A stretch of DNA of 64,000 nucleotides from Deltaproteobacteria bacterium. GTDB taxonomy: Bacteria; Bdellovibrionota; Bdellovibrionia; Bdellovibrionales; JAMPXM01. Both the position numbers and the translations under genes were made by a program. This document shows positions 1 to 8,805 of the stretch, one piece after another (position 1 is the stretch's first letter; each line of letters opens with the position of its first letter). The notes under the pieces are model-generated. The model made no database searches and was not told where the DNA came from. It saw only the letters and a list, made by a program, of their open reading frames with translations. The DNA is taken from assembly GCA_017302795.1 (NCBI GenBank), contig JAFLCB010000005.1, positions 207,668 through 271,667 on the forward strand, in the 5' to 3' direction.

Positions 1-370
1 ATTTCTGTTCAAGGCAGGTTTCCACGAAAGTAAAAAAAGCACCGAGCGCCAACTCATCGGCCTCAACAATAAGTGCTTCGGTATCAGTCGCCTCTATGCT
101 TGGGCTGAGGGAATACATCGAATTCAATGTCGCAGCTGAAACTTTCACGCTCTCCATCGCATGGGACTGTACAAGCTGCGCAGCTTTTTGATGAGCGTTG
201 CCGGAATCCTCTGACACCCAAGCTGCGACCCAAGCGCCTTTCACAAGAAACCCGACGTCTAGAAGATGGACATCAGAATCTAGACGGGCCATTTCACTGG
301 CCAAACTATGTGCAGCCCCGAGTGTCGAAACATTCTTAAAAACCAAGTAGCCCGATGAAAAATCCGCCAT
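1..370 (-). CDS. hypothetical protein, N-terminal part only (ORF leaves the left edge of the window)
   Basis: My reverse-complement translation from the ATG at 370 (MADFSSGYLVFKNVSTLGAAHSLASEMARLDSDVHLLDVGFLVKGAW...) stays open to position 2. It is absent from the ORF track because no stop lies in the window. No recognisable motif. Confidence 0.3.
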   Translation of the reverse strand, partial: MADFSSGYLVFKNVSTLGAAHSLASEMARLDSDVHLLDVGFLVKGAWVAAWVSEDSGNAHQKAAQLVQSHAMESVKVSAATLNSMYSLSPSIEATDTEALIVEADELALGAFFTFVETCLEQK

Positions 371-557
371 GCCATTGTTTCAGATTGAGACGAGAGAAAG
401 TCAATCTTCACGCCTAATTCGCTCATAATCGACTCTCACAGCGTGCCTCTTGTTAGACGGTCGTTCGACAACCAGAATAAGGAGGGGGCTCGACCTGCGT
501 AGGGATTAGACGCTTTCCCTATGACCAAGGCAAAAGTCCAGTGGGTGAGGGAAAGTC

Positions 558-585
558 TCAACTCGCCACTTCACTAGACCGATAG
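558..585 (+). promoter_or_regulatory. candidate sigma-28 (FliA)-type promoter upstream of flp (TCAAC-N15-ACCGATAG)
   Basis: tcaac at 558-562, a 15-nt spacer, accgatag at 578-585 (6/8 to GCCGATAA). It lies about 58 nt upstream of the flp ATG and has the same architecture as the stronger boxes at 5566, 13328(-), 38839 and 49961. Confidence 0.3.
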
Positions 586-643
586 AGACAAAGTGGAGCG
601 GTGTGGTTACCGATCCGACAAGTATAAAAAGAGGAGGGGGACG

Positions 644-832
644 ATGTCTCTCAAAGATCGAGCAAAAGCTATTTGGAACGACGAATCAGCACAAGGTGCA
701 ACTGAGTACATCCTCATTCTTGTTGCGGTGGTTACAGTTGCCTTCATTTTCAAAAAACAACTAACCGACTTTGTTAATTCGCGACTCGGTGCACTTGGCT
801 CCGGGCTCGGCGAATTCAACGTCGATCGCTAG
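644..832 (+). CDS. flp: Flp-family type IVb pilin
   Basis: 62 aa counted from the internal ATG at 644, preceded by the strong SD aagaggaggggg. The sequence MSLKDRAKAIWNDESAQG|ATEYILILVAVVTVAF has a Flp-type leader ending in Gly, then an EY motif and a hydrophobic helix. It is the first gene of the tad operon. Confidence 0.85.
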   Translation: MSLKDRAKAIWNDESAQGATEYILILVAVVTVAFIFKKQLTDFVNSRLGALGSGLGEFNVDR

Positions 833-859
833 TAATCGCAAAATTCGCGGGAGAAGCAA

Positions 860-1078
860 ATGACCCTTGAAGTCACTCTTCTTGCTAGCATGTTCGCATT
901 GATTCTTGGTGGAGCCTTCTTCGGAGAGAGCGGACCAATGCGTGTTTTTCAAGACTCGGGACCACGTTTAGGTGCCCGAATTGAAAAACACTTGGCAACT
1001 GGCCGCAATTTCAGTGCGGATGGCACAAGAAATCAGTGGGTTGCGCCAGCTTCGCGTCCACCAACTGGGGAACTATGA
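860..1078 (+). CDS. small hypothetical membrane protein in the tad operon
   Basis: 72 aa with a hydrophobic N-terminus (LLASMFALILGGAFF). A ggaga box lies upstream, and its stop overlaps the cpaA start as ATGA at 1075-1078. Confidence 0.35.
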   Translation: MTLEVTLLASMFALILGGAFFGESGPMRVFQDSGPRLGARIEKHLATGRNFSADGTRNQWVAPASRPPTGEL

Positions 1079-1572
1079 TCTTTTACGCAAAGGTCGCATT
1101 GGCGACCGGCATTTTAGTTTGGGCGGTGATCGAGGACATGCGGACCCGCAAGTTCACGAACCGCTCATTTTTAATTGCTTCTGCGTTAGCACTCATCACA
1201 GCGCTTGGGACCGGAGGAGCGCGAGAACTTATTCCTGCAACTATGGGCTTCGGCGCTGGAATTGTTTTTTTTCTGCCGCTTGTTCTAATTGGAATCATCG
1301 GCGCAGGAGATATGAAATTAATGGCCGCCGTAGGAATTCTCACCGGCTGGGACGCAGTTTTATGGACTGGGATTTACGGGATCGTTTGGGGCGGTGTCTT
1401 CGGAGTCGCACAAATTTTGATTCGAAAACAAGGTCGCTCGTTAGTCGACAATTTAACTTCGCTCGCGGTGACCAGATCAAAATCCGGCCTACAGTTGCAT
1501 CACATACCATTCACTGCTCCCCTGCTTCTCGGTTGGCTCAGTCACCTCGTTTTGTCGGGAACATTCCGATGA
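1075..1572 (+). CDS. cpaA: prepilin peptidase, A24 family (CpaA/TadV)
   Basis: Polytopic membrane protein with the two catalytic Asp contexts, VIEDMRTRK and IGAGDMKLMAAVG. The start is taken at ATG 1075 (MIFYAK...), coupled to the upstream stop. Confidence 0.85.
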   Translation: MIFYAKVALATGILVWAVIEDMRTRKFTNRSFLIASALALITALGTGGARELIPATMGFGAGIVFFLPLVLIGIIGAGDMKLMAAVGILTGWDAVLWTGIYGIVWGGVFGVAQILIRKQGRSLVDNLTSLAVTRSKSGLQLHHIPFTAPLLLGWLSHLVLSGTFR

Positions 1573-1832
1573 AGAGTAAATCCACTTTTTCAAATCAATC
1601 TGGTCAGGCAACCATGGAAGCAGTTCTAATCATGCTTGTCGTCGTAACCATCGCCACAAAAATTACGAACTACGCGGCCGAAACAGGCATTCTCCAGCAG
1701 GTGGTTGAAGGCCCGTGGTCACCGATGCGAGGCATGATCGAAGACGGCGTTTGGATGCGGCACACTCTTTCGAAGCCCTATCATCCAAATCAGTTTCCTC
1801 GTCACCAGTCCCGACTGGGAGATGCGACATGA
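1569..1832 (+). CDS. TadE-like minor pilin / pseudopilin (small)
   Basis: This is the last 87 codons of the 972..1832 track ORF. The ATG at 1569 overlaps the cpaA stop (ATGA). The N-terminus SGQATMEAVLIMLVVVTIA resembles the TadE N-terminal motif. Confidence 0.6.
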   Translation: MKSKSTFSNQSGQATMEAVLIMLVVVTIATKITNYAAETGILQQVVEGPWSPMRGMIEDGVWMRHTLSKPYHPNQFPRHQSRLGDAT

Positions 1833-2473
1833 AACTTCAACGGACGTCTGCGACGAAGGTTTTGAAAAACGAACGTGGAATTCTGACGTTAGACTTTATT
1901 TTTGCCATGCTTCTTGGCATGGGCTTCACCATCGTGTTTTTTGCGCTGACGTTGACTCTTTCGCTTGTCGAGGTGACGCAATACCTATCCTTCGCCGTCG
2001 CACGAACTTCGTGGGCAGCCCACGAAACCCGGTCGAAACAACTTGAAATCGGCAATGCAAAGTACACGGAATTAATATCAAAACCGGTATTTCGTACTTT
2101 GTTTACTCAAGGATGGTTCAAGCTCCCGGCGCAGCCCGATTTCGGAGATCCGGCGAGAGGTTTCAATGCTGAATACCAGCCTGCCGCTGAAAATGACAAC
2201 GACACTTTCTTTGGTGCGCGTCTGCGAATCGAAGCGACGATTTTGAATATCAAACTGCCGATGCTGGGCAGTTCAAAAACGAATCCTCAAACCGGCGTCG
2301 CCAATGTTCAGACTTTTCTCGGCCGTGAAGTGACAACCATTGAGTGCCGAGATCAGTTCAACCGCCAGCGCTGGACCAATATCCTAACTTTAGATGGCGC
2401 ATACCAACAGGCTTCCGCATTCATGGGAAATCCAGACAATACTATCGGCCTTATCACGGACAACGGATGTTGA
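1829..2473 (+). CDS. TadE/TadG-like pilus assembly protein
   Basis: The ATG at 1829 overlaps the previous stop (ATGA). The N-terminus NERGILTLDFIFAMLLGMGFTIVFF matches the TadE-type motif (ERG..xxE/DF + TM helix). Confidence 0.65.
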   Translation: MKLQRTSATKVLKNERGILTLDFIFAMLLGMGFTIVFFALTLTLSLVEVTQYLSFAVARTSWAAHETRSKQLEIGNAKYTELISKPVFRTLFTQGWFKLPAQPDFGDPARGFNAEYQPAAENDNDTFFGARLRIEATILNIKLPMLGSSKTNPQTGVANVQTFLGREVTTIECRDQFNRQRWTNILTLDGAYQQASAFMGNPDNTIGLITDNGC

Positions 2474-2474
2474 T

Positions 2475-2990
2475 ATGAAAAAAACATCAATTGTACAAAA
2501 TGAAAAAGGTATGGCGACGGTCGAGACGGTCCCGCTGTTGCTCATCTTTGTCATCCTGCTTGCTTATTCTTTTGGATCGTTCGGCGTGATTCATACCGGG
2601 ATTCTTAATTCAGTTGCAGCTCGCACTTACGCATTTGAAACCTTTCGCAACCGCGCCAACGTCACCTACTTTAGAGATTCTGGTGGACAGGATAGCGTCA
2701 TTAGGCCACTTCACTTCCGTCGACACGGAAATCGGATTCATGGAATTCAGCAAGAGGTAAGGCCAGGTGAACCGTCGCCTTCGAACGCGGCGTTCAAATC
2801 GACCGAACGCCCATTGCGAGTAGGCTTCGGCGGAATCCCCGTCGATGCCAGTCGCAACACGGCTTCCATTCATAACGAACAAGTTTTCTCTGGGGTCTTA
2901 GAACAAAAACAAACGCAAATCGGAGTAAGTCCTGTTTGGGTCATGACCCAATACGGAATTTGTATCAATGCACAATGTGGCGGGAATTAG
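2475..2990 (+). CDS. TadE-like pilus assembly protein
   Basis: The ATG at 2475 lies 1 nt after the previous stop. The N-terminus NEKGMATVETVPLLLIFVILLAY is a classic TadE N-terminal motif. Confidence 0.7.
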   Translation: MKKTSIVQNEKGMATVETVPLLLIFVILLAYSFGSFGVIHTGILNSVAARTYAFETFRNRANVTYFRDSGGQDSVIRPLHFRRHGNRIHGIQQEVRPGEPSPSNAAFKSTERPLRVGFGGIPVDASRNTASIHNEQVFSGVLEQKQTQIGVSPVWVMTQYGICINAQCGGN

Positions 2991-2999
2991 GGAGTCAGC

Positions 3000-3917
3000 A
3001 TGGGTGGCAACGAGACACGAACACTTTGGATTTCGATCGCTGTCGCAATGTTTGCGATCTTCATGCTTTATAGTTGGTCGGAAACGCAAAAGACGGAAAT
3101 GGCAAAAAAATATGGCACCACAAAACGTGTCGTGGTCGCCGCTGCAGACATCGCCGAGATGGAAACAATCGACGAATCAAAACTTGAAGTCATCGACCAG
3201 CCGCAAGACTTCATTCAACCCGAAGCTGTTACTGAACCGGAAGGTGCCGTCGGCCAAGTGGCCGCGGTGCCAATCAAGAAGGGTGAACAACTTCTGCAGA
3301 CCAAGCTCTTACTTCCTGGGCCCGACACCGGGCTCTCGATGGAAGTTTCGCCCGGCAAGCGCGCGATCACGATTCCAATCGATGACATGCGGGGCGTGTC
3401 CAAACTTCTTCGCCCCGGCGACCGCATCGATATCGTCGCAGCGCTCGACTACGGAAAAGGTGGCGATCAGCGTCGCGAGGTCCACACCATTCTACAGGAC
3501 GTTGTCGTTTTGGCGACCGGTCTGAATGTAATGAACAAAATCCCCCGCCGCTTTGAACTTGATGCGAACGGACGCACCATCAATCGCATCAACCTCAGCG
3601 CGAGCACGACATTTACCAACATTACAGTTGAGGCGAAACCTGACGATGTACAAAAACTAGTTTATATTCTGGCAACTGCGCCAGGAAGCATTTTCACAAC
3701 TTTGCGCCATCCTAACGATCGCCTTCAGGCGCCGGTGCGCACGACTTTAATTGAAGACCTCATGGGCAAACCAGTTTTGATGCGAACTCCTGCGGCAAGC
3801 GGTGTGGCACAGCCACTTCCGACTATGAACCAAGCGCCGGCCCAAGCACCTCAACAACCAATACGCCCAAATACTCCTCCACAGCCACAGCGGCGCGGAA
3901 ACTTTAGGGAGCTGTAA
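3000..3917 (+). CDS. cpaB: Flp pilus assembly protein CpaB/RcpC
   Basis: N-terminal TM anchor, then a SAF-like segment (VVVAAADIAEMETIDESKLEV...AAVPIKKGEQLL) and an RcpC-like segment (GKRAITIPIDDMRGVSKLLRPGDRIDIV). Pro/Gln-rich tail. Position in the operon fits. Confidence 0.85.
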   Translation: MGGNETRTLWISIAVAMFAIFMLYSWSETQKTEMAKKYGTTKRVVVAAADIAEMETIDESKLEVIDQPQDFIQPEAVTEPEGAVGQVAAVPIKKGEQLLQTKLLLPGPDTGLSMEVSPGKRAITIPIDDMRGVSKLLRPGDRIDIVAALDYGKGGDQRREVHTILQDVVVLATGLNVMNKIPRRFELDANGRTINRINLSASTTFTNITVEAKPDDVQKLVYILATAPGSIFTTLRHPNDRLQAPVRTTLIEDLMGKPVLMRTPAASGVAQPLPTMNQAPAQAPQQPIRPNTPPQPQRRGNFREL

Positions 3918-5551
3918 TGTTCGATTTCGCAGGCACTGAAAGAGCAGAACTTCAGAATTTCCGAGCCAGATTTGGCTGCGGAGCTCTCTCTTTAGTTTTC
4001 AAGACTGCGATGCTTTTCATTTTATTCAATGCTCTTAGCGCGACCGAGTCCGCAGTCGCGCAAACCACAGCGACACCACCTCCATTTGCAAACGTCGTTC
4101 CTGCAGACGAGCCCGAGAAAGAAGTCTTAGAAGCGGCAAAAGCTGATCCGAAGCGACAAAAGACAGTCGGGCTTTTTATTGGTGTCGAACACCAAGAAAA
4201 ACTGCCATTCCTTCCTACTGGCGCGAAATTCAAAGGTGATTATAAGAAAGTCGCCAAACTTTCTCTCGACAGCGATCGTGGAATTCTTTTGTTTCAGGCG
4301 ACCCAAGAAGGTTTCGCTACCCTCACCGTTTACGACAAAGACAATAACCGTCTGTACGACTTTTCTCTTGATGTGAAAAAGAGCAACCTCACGAAAGTCG
4401 TTCGTGAAATGCGCGCACTTCTTGCGGATATTGAAGGCATTACGGTCAAAATTATCAACAACCGTGTCGTTGTCGATGGTCAAGTTTTATTGCCTCGTGA
4501 TCTCAGCCGAATCCTGGCGGTCATTGCTCAGTACGGTGAGACCCAAGCGTCAAGCCTTGTAACTCTAAGCCCCGTCGCTCAGCGAAAAATTGCCCAGCTA
4601 ATCGTGAATCACATCAACAATCCTGAAATAACAGTTAACCCGATCAACGATAAATTCATTCTTGAAGGAACCGTCGGCGATTCAAAAGAAATGGAGCGCG
4701 CCGTACAAATCGCTCAGATGTATGTTCCCGACATGATCAAAGAGGCTGGCGAGAAAGAGGGCACGATCATCAAGGTGAAAAAAGAATTCGTATTAAATTT
4801 GATTCGCGTGCGCGACGCGCCTCCGAAAGAGCCCGCAAAAATTATTCAAATTGTCGTTCACTTTGTGGAGCTTTCTAAGAGTTACACAAAAGGGTTCCGT
4901 TTCCAGTTCACACCTGAGATTAGTGACAACTCCGGGATTAGCATCAGCAATGATTCGCGTTCCCCAGGTGGAATTGTATCGTCGATCACCGCAGTCATCA
5001 CTAATCTGTTGCCAAAATTAAACTGGGCCAAGGAGCACGGCCACGCACGCGTGTTAGAAAGTACAACTCTCCTTGTGACCGATGGTTCGACCGGCAAAAT
5101 CTCGAACGAAACGGCGATCCCGTACACAGTGTTCTCCGCCTCGACTAACAATGCTTCTTCAAACACTGCCAATATCGGCATCACTGCTGAGATTGGCGCA
5201 AAGATAAACAACCCACGATCCGATGCAATTGAAATGGTCATGAACTTCGGGATGGCTCAACTCGTAGATATGAACGCAGGGCAACCGATTGTTTCAAAAA
5301 GTTTGGTCAATACCAAGGTCACGGTTCGCAGTGGTCAAAGTGCCGCCATCGGTGGTCTTATTTTGAATTCCAGCAATACGGCTTATAACAAGCTTCCGCA
5401 GTCAGTTCAAAATCCATTGATTTCGCTCTATGCCTCAAAGCAGTTCACGCGCAAACAAAGTCAGTTTGTGGTCTTTGTCACACCTGTGATCAAGGTCAGC
5501 GCCAGCCAAGGGTCCGAGAAAATCAAGGCGAAGTTCAAACTCCGCGATTAA
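3917..5551 (+). CDS. cpaC: Tad secretin CpaC/RcpA (type II/III secretin family)
   Basis: 544 aa with a signal/TM N-terminus and a secretin C-domain signature (ARVLESTTLLVTDGSTGKI..., TKVTVRSGQSAAIGGLI..., FVVFVTPVIK). Follows cpaB. Confidence 0.85.
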   Translation: MFDFAGTERAELQNFRARFGCGALSLVFKTAMLFILFNALSATESAVAQTTATPPPFANVVPADEPEKEVLEAAKADPKRQKTVGLFIGVEHQEKLPFLPTGAKFKGDYKKVAKLSLDSDRGILLFQATQEGFATLTVYDKDNNRLYDFSLDVKKSNLTKVVREMRALLADIEGITVKIINNRVVVDGQVLLPRDLSRILAVIAQYGETQASSLVTLSPVAQRKIAQLIVNHINNPEITVNPINDKFILEGTVGDSKEMERAVQIAQMYVPDMIKEAGEKEGTIIKVKKEFVLNLIRVRDAPPKEPAKIIQIVVHFVELSKSYTKGFRFQFTPEISDNSGISISNDSRSPGGIVSSITAVITNLLPKLNWAKEHGHARVLESTTLLVTDGSTGKISNETAIPYTVFSASTNNASSNTANIGITAEIGAKINNPRSDAIEMVMNFGMAQLVDMNAGQPIVSKSLVNTKVTVRSGQSAAIGGLILNSSNTAYNKLPQSVQNPLISLYASKQFTRKQSQFVVFVTPVIKVSASQGSEKIKAKFKLRD

Positions 5552-5565
5552 TACAAGACTGGCCT

Positions 5566-5592
5566 TAAATCTGTCCCAATTTGTGCCGATAA
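5566..5592 (+). promoter_or_regulatory. sigma-28 (FliA)-type promoter, perfect consensus TAAA-N15-GCCGATAA
   Basis: taaa at 5566-5569, a spacer of exactly 15 nt (5570-5584), gccgataa at 5585-5592. It sits in the 31-52 nt gap between the cpaC stop (5551) and the ATPase gene. Confidence 0.5.
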
Positions 5593-7871
5593 GTTTAATT
5601 GAGATGGCTGTAAATCCGAATTCTTACATTATTGGTGTTACCGGCGGAAAAGGCGGAATGGGGAAAAGCGTATTTAGCGCCAACCTCGCTCTCGCGTTTT
5701 CGCTTGAAATGAAACAACCCACGTTGCTGATCGATCTCGATTCGCATAGCTGCGGTGATCAAAACTTTATTCTTGGTATGCGCGAAGTGAAAACCATTGC
5801 GGAACTCGCCGCCTTTAGCGGTTCACTGAGTCAACAGTCGCTTTCTTCGGTTGCCACCATTCTGCCAGGAACAACTCTCGCCTATATCGCCGCCGTCCGT
5901 GGTCGCGATGAAACACTTGGCGGCGCGCCGGAACAAATCGCGAAACAGATTGAAAACTTAACGAACATATTTCGCTATATCGTGATCGACTATGGCAATC
6001 AGCTAGGACCAATTCAGAATGCAGTGATCGAACGAACCACAGCGCTCTTGATGGTCACGGCCCCCGAAGTACTCGCGGTCAATCAAACGATGCGCCAAAT
6101 GACCGAGCTATTAGCTGCCAACCTTCCAACCGAAATGTTGCAAGTCGTGATCAACAAGGCAGGCCCAGCGGGTCTTGCGCCTGCATCAATCGGCCAATCA
6201 CTTCGGAAAAATATTCTCGGCGTCATACCTCAAGATGATGCCACTGTTTTGGGCTCGGTCGCGCGCTCGGCTCCTTTCGTGCTTAGCGCACCGAAGGCCG
6301 CCGTTTCGACAGCTCACTTTGACGTCGTTCGTCGACTCACTGGCGGGCTGCTGCAGCAACTTAAATCTTCGACGAAACCGCAGCTGAAACTCACCAGCAA
6401 AGAGCCCGTGAAGGTCGACGTCAGCTCAAATCCAACGAAAAATCGAGGCTTAAAAAATCTCGATCCAAGGACCGCACTGAAGATCACCGTACACAACGAA
6501 CTGATCAAAGCGATGGATCTTAAAAAAGGCGTCACTGATACTCAGGGCGATCCCGAAAAAGAGGCGGAACTTCGGAAAAAAACCAACGCCGTCATCGCCA
6601 CGCTCATCGACAAAGAGTCACCGGGCCTGGGACGCGATGAACGCGGAATCATTATCACAGAAGTTTTAAACGAGGCGCTTGGGCTTGGCGCCCTAGAGGA
6701 TCTTTTAGAGGATTCCGCGGTGACCGAGATCATGGTTTGCGGCCATGAAAAAATCTATATCGAAAAAAACGGGATTGTACAGCTGAGCCCCACAAAGTTC
6801 ACTTCCAACTTTCACCTCCGAAAAGTGATCGAGCGAATCGTCGCGCCGCTCGGCCGCCAGATCAACGAATCTGTTCCCTACGTGGATGCTCGCTTAAAAG
6901 ACGGTTCGCGCGTAAACGCTGTCATCGAACCTCTGGCTATTGATGGGCCTGCGGTAACAATTCGTAAGTTTCGGAAAGGGTCGATCAATCCCGACACTTA
7001 TGCGAAAGAATGGAACGCTTGTACTGTCAACATGATGGAGTTCCTGCGAATCTGCGTCGCAAACAAAATGAACGTCATTATTTCTGGTGGTACTGGCTCC
7101 GGTAAAACGACACTTCTCAATACGCTATCAGGCTTCATTCCTTCAAATGAACGTGTCGTCACGATTGAGGACGCCGCCGAATTGCAACTTAAGCAAGATC
7201 ACGTTGTACGCCTTGAGACTCGTCCTGCGAACATGGAAGGCACTGGCGCCGTTACAATTAGAGATCTCGTCAAAAACGCGCTTCGCATGCGACCAGATCG
7301 AATCGTCGTAGGTGAATGTCGAGACGGTGCAGCTCTTGATATGCTAGGTGCGATGTCGACTGGTCACGATGGCTCTATGACCACGGTCCACGCGAACAAT
7401 CCCAAAGAGGCAATTGGGCGAATCGAAAACCTTTGCATGATGGCCGGCATGGGACTTCCATCCAATGCGATTCGCGAACAAATTGCCAACGCTGTGAACC
7501 TGATTGTTCAGATTCAACGTCTGTCGGACGGCTCACGTAAACTGATCAGCGTTTCGGAAGTTCAAGGCATGCAAGGTGAAGTTGTAACTCAGCAAGAAGT
7601 TTTTCGATTCGTTGAAAAGGGTTTCGATAAAAACAGGAAGATCATTGGAGAATTTCAAGCGACCGGTTTGATTCCAAAGTGCATTGAAAAGTTCGAAAAG
7701 CGCGGTTTGATAATTCCGAAATCACTGTTCTCAAATGCCGCCAATGCAGCTGCGCCACAGGTCGCCCTACAGGGGCAAGCGCCTGGTACAAGTTCCCCAC
7801 CTGGCGGACCGCCTAAGGTCGCCGCACCAACGGCAGTCGACCCCAAAAAAGTCAGCGGAGGTAGCCGATGA
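5583..7871 (+). CDS. cpaF: fused CpaE/TadZ-like (MinD/ParA-type) ATPase plus CpaF/TadA secretion ATPase
   Basis: The N-terminal ~260 aa carry a deviant Walker A, GVTGGKGGMGKSVFSANLA (MinD/ParA fold). The C-terminal ~420 aa carry CpaF/VirB11 boxes: Walker A ISGGTGSGKTTLLN, Asp box VVTIEDAAEL, Walker B RPDRIVVGECRD and His box GHDGSMTTVHAN. The start is either GTG 5583 or ATG 5604; the sigma-28 box overlaps 5583. Confidence 0.85.
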   Translation: MPISLIEMAVNPNSYIIGVTGGKGGMGKSVFSANLALAFSLEMKQPTLLIDLDSHSCGDQNFILGMREVKTIAELAAFSGSLSQQSLSSVATILPGTTLAYIAAVRGRDETLGGAPEQIAKQIENLTNIFRYIVIDYGNQLGPIQNAVIERTTALLMVTAPEVLAVNQTMRQMTELLAANLPTEMLQVVINKAGPAGLAPASIGQSLRKNILGVIPQDDATVLGSVARSAPFVLSAPKAAVSTAHFDVVRRLTGGLLQQLKSSTKPQLKLTSKEPVKVDVSSNPTKNRGLKNLDPRTALKITVHNELIKAMDLKKGVTDTQGDPEKEAELRKKTNAVIATLIDKESPGLGRDERGIIITEVLNEALGLGALEDLLEDSAVTEIMVCGHEKIYIEKNGIVQLSPTKFTSNFHLRKVIERIVAPLGRQINESVPYVDARLKDGSRVNAVIEPLAIDGPAVTIRKFRKGSINPDTYAKEWNACTVNMMEFLRICVANKMNVIISGGTGSGKTTLLNTLSGFIPSNERVVTIEDAAELQLKQDHVVRLETRPANMEGTGAVTIRDLVKNALRMRPDRIVVGECRDGAALDMLGAMSTGHDGSMTTVHANNPKEAIGRIENLCMMAGMGLPSNAIREQIANAVNLIVQIQRLSDGSRKLISVSEVQGMQGEVVTQQEVFRFVEKGFDKNRKIIGEFQATGLIPKCIEKFEKRGLIIPKSLFSNAANAAAPQVALQGQAPGTSSPPGGPPKVAAPTAVDPKKVSGGSR

Positions 7872-8746
7872 GCGCTGTTTTTGCCAATGACTGGATCATG
7901 CTTCCCTCGATTGGAGGTATGGCCTTTTACCTCTCTTATCTTTGGGCAGATAAAATTTTGAACTGGCTTCACAGACGAAGTCTCGGACAACGAGAGGAAG
8001 TCTTGCGCTATCTTGAACTCATGTTTGTCGAAACAGATCGATCCAAAGTGACAATGATGATGCTGGCATCCAGCTTTGGCGTAGGTGCACTTTTCTTTGT
8101 TATCGTGTGGCCAAACATATCGGCGGGTCTCATTGTCGGTGGTGCAATTACAATCGGAATGTGGTCGGTTCCGAAATACGTTGTTCAAGCTCTTTGGAAT
8201 AAACGCTGTGGTGTTTTTGTCGATCAAATGGTTGACGGCATGACGATGATGGCAAATGGCGTGAAGGCCGGGCTATCTGTCCAGCAATCGATGGAGCGAA
8301 TTCAAAACAATTTAGCGAATCCTATTAGTCAGGAATTCGGACTCGTGCTTTCACAAATCCGAATCGGACGAAGCCTACAAGAGGCACTTAATGATCTGGG
8401 CAATCGAATACCCAGGCAGGACGTTCAGATGTTTGTGACGTCTGTAAATATCCTGCAAGAAACTGGCGGCAACATGGGGGAAACCTTCAAGACGATCGTC
8501 GAGGTTGTTCGCGAGCGCCAAAAGGTCGAGAAAAAAATCGAGGCCTTAACTGCCCAAGGTGTTGCGCAGGGGACGATCATCGTTATGGTACCGTTCTTCT
8601 TACTGATTGTCTTTTACGTACTTGACCCAGCTTACGTGTCTCCACTGTTCAACACGACTCTGGGCCTGATTGCGGTTGTAATCATGCTAGTCCTGCAAGT
8701 TATCGGTGGAATAGCGATGAGGAAAATCATTAAGATTAAGGTGTAG
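7868..8746 (+). CDS. tadB: TadB/TadC-type inner-membrane platform protein (T2SS-F domain)
   Basis: 292 aa with TM helices flanking a cytoplasmic T2SS-F-like domain (ISQEFGLVLSQIRIGRSLQEALNDLGNRIP...FVTSVNILQETGGNMGETF). 4-nt overlap with the ATPase gene. It is the only copy in the locus. Confidence 0.8.
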   Translation: MSAVFANDWIMLPSIGGMAFYLSYLWADKILNWLHRRSLGQREEVLRYLELMFVETDRSKVTMMMLASSFGVGALFFVIVWPNISAGLIVGGAITIGMWSVPKYVVQALWNKRCGVFVDQMVDGMTMMANGVKAGLSVQQSMERIQNNLANPISQEFGLVLSQIRIGRSLQEALNDLGNRIPRQDVQMFVTSVNILQETGGNMGETFKTIVEVVRERQKVEKKIEALTAQGVAQGTIIVMVPFFLLIVFYVLDPAYVSPLFNTTLGLIAVVIMLVLQVIGGIAMRKIIKIKV

Positions 8747-8805
8747 GCATGGGAAGCGCGATTCTGCTGTAATAGCGCCATTGGTAGGTTTTTGGGGGAT
8801 TCGAA

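Noticed and set aside
972-1832. 286-aa ORF spanning the cpaA region
   Set aside because: It is a composite. Its first ~200 codons are an Arg/Ser-rich alternative frame of the well-supported prepilin peptidase gene. Only the last 87 codons (from ATG 1569, coupled to the cpaA stop) look like a real TadE-like gene.
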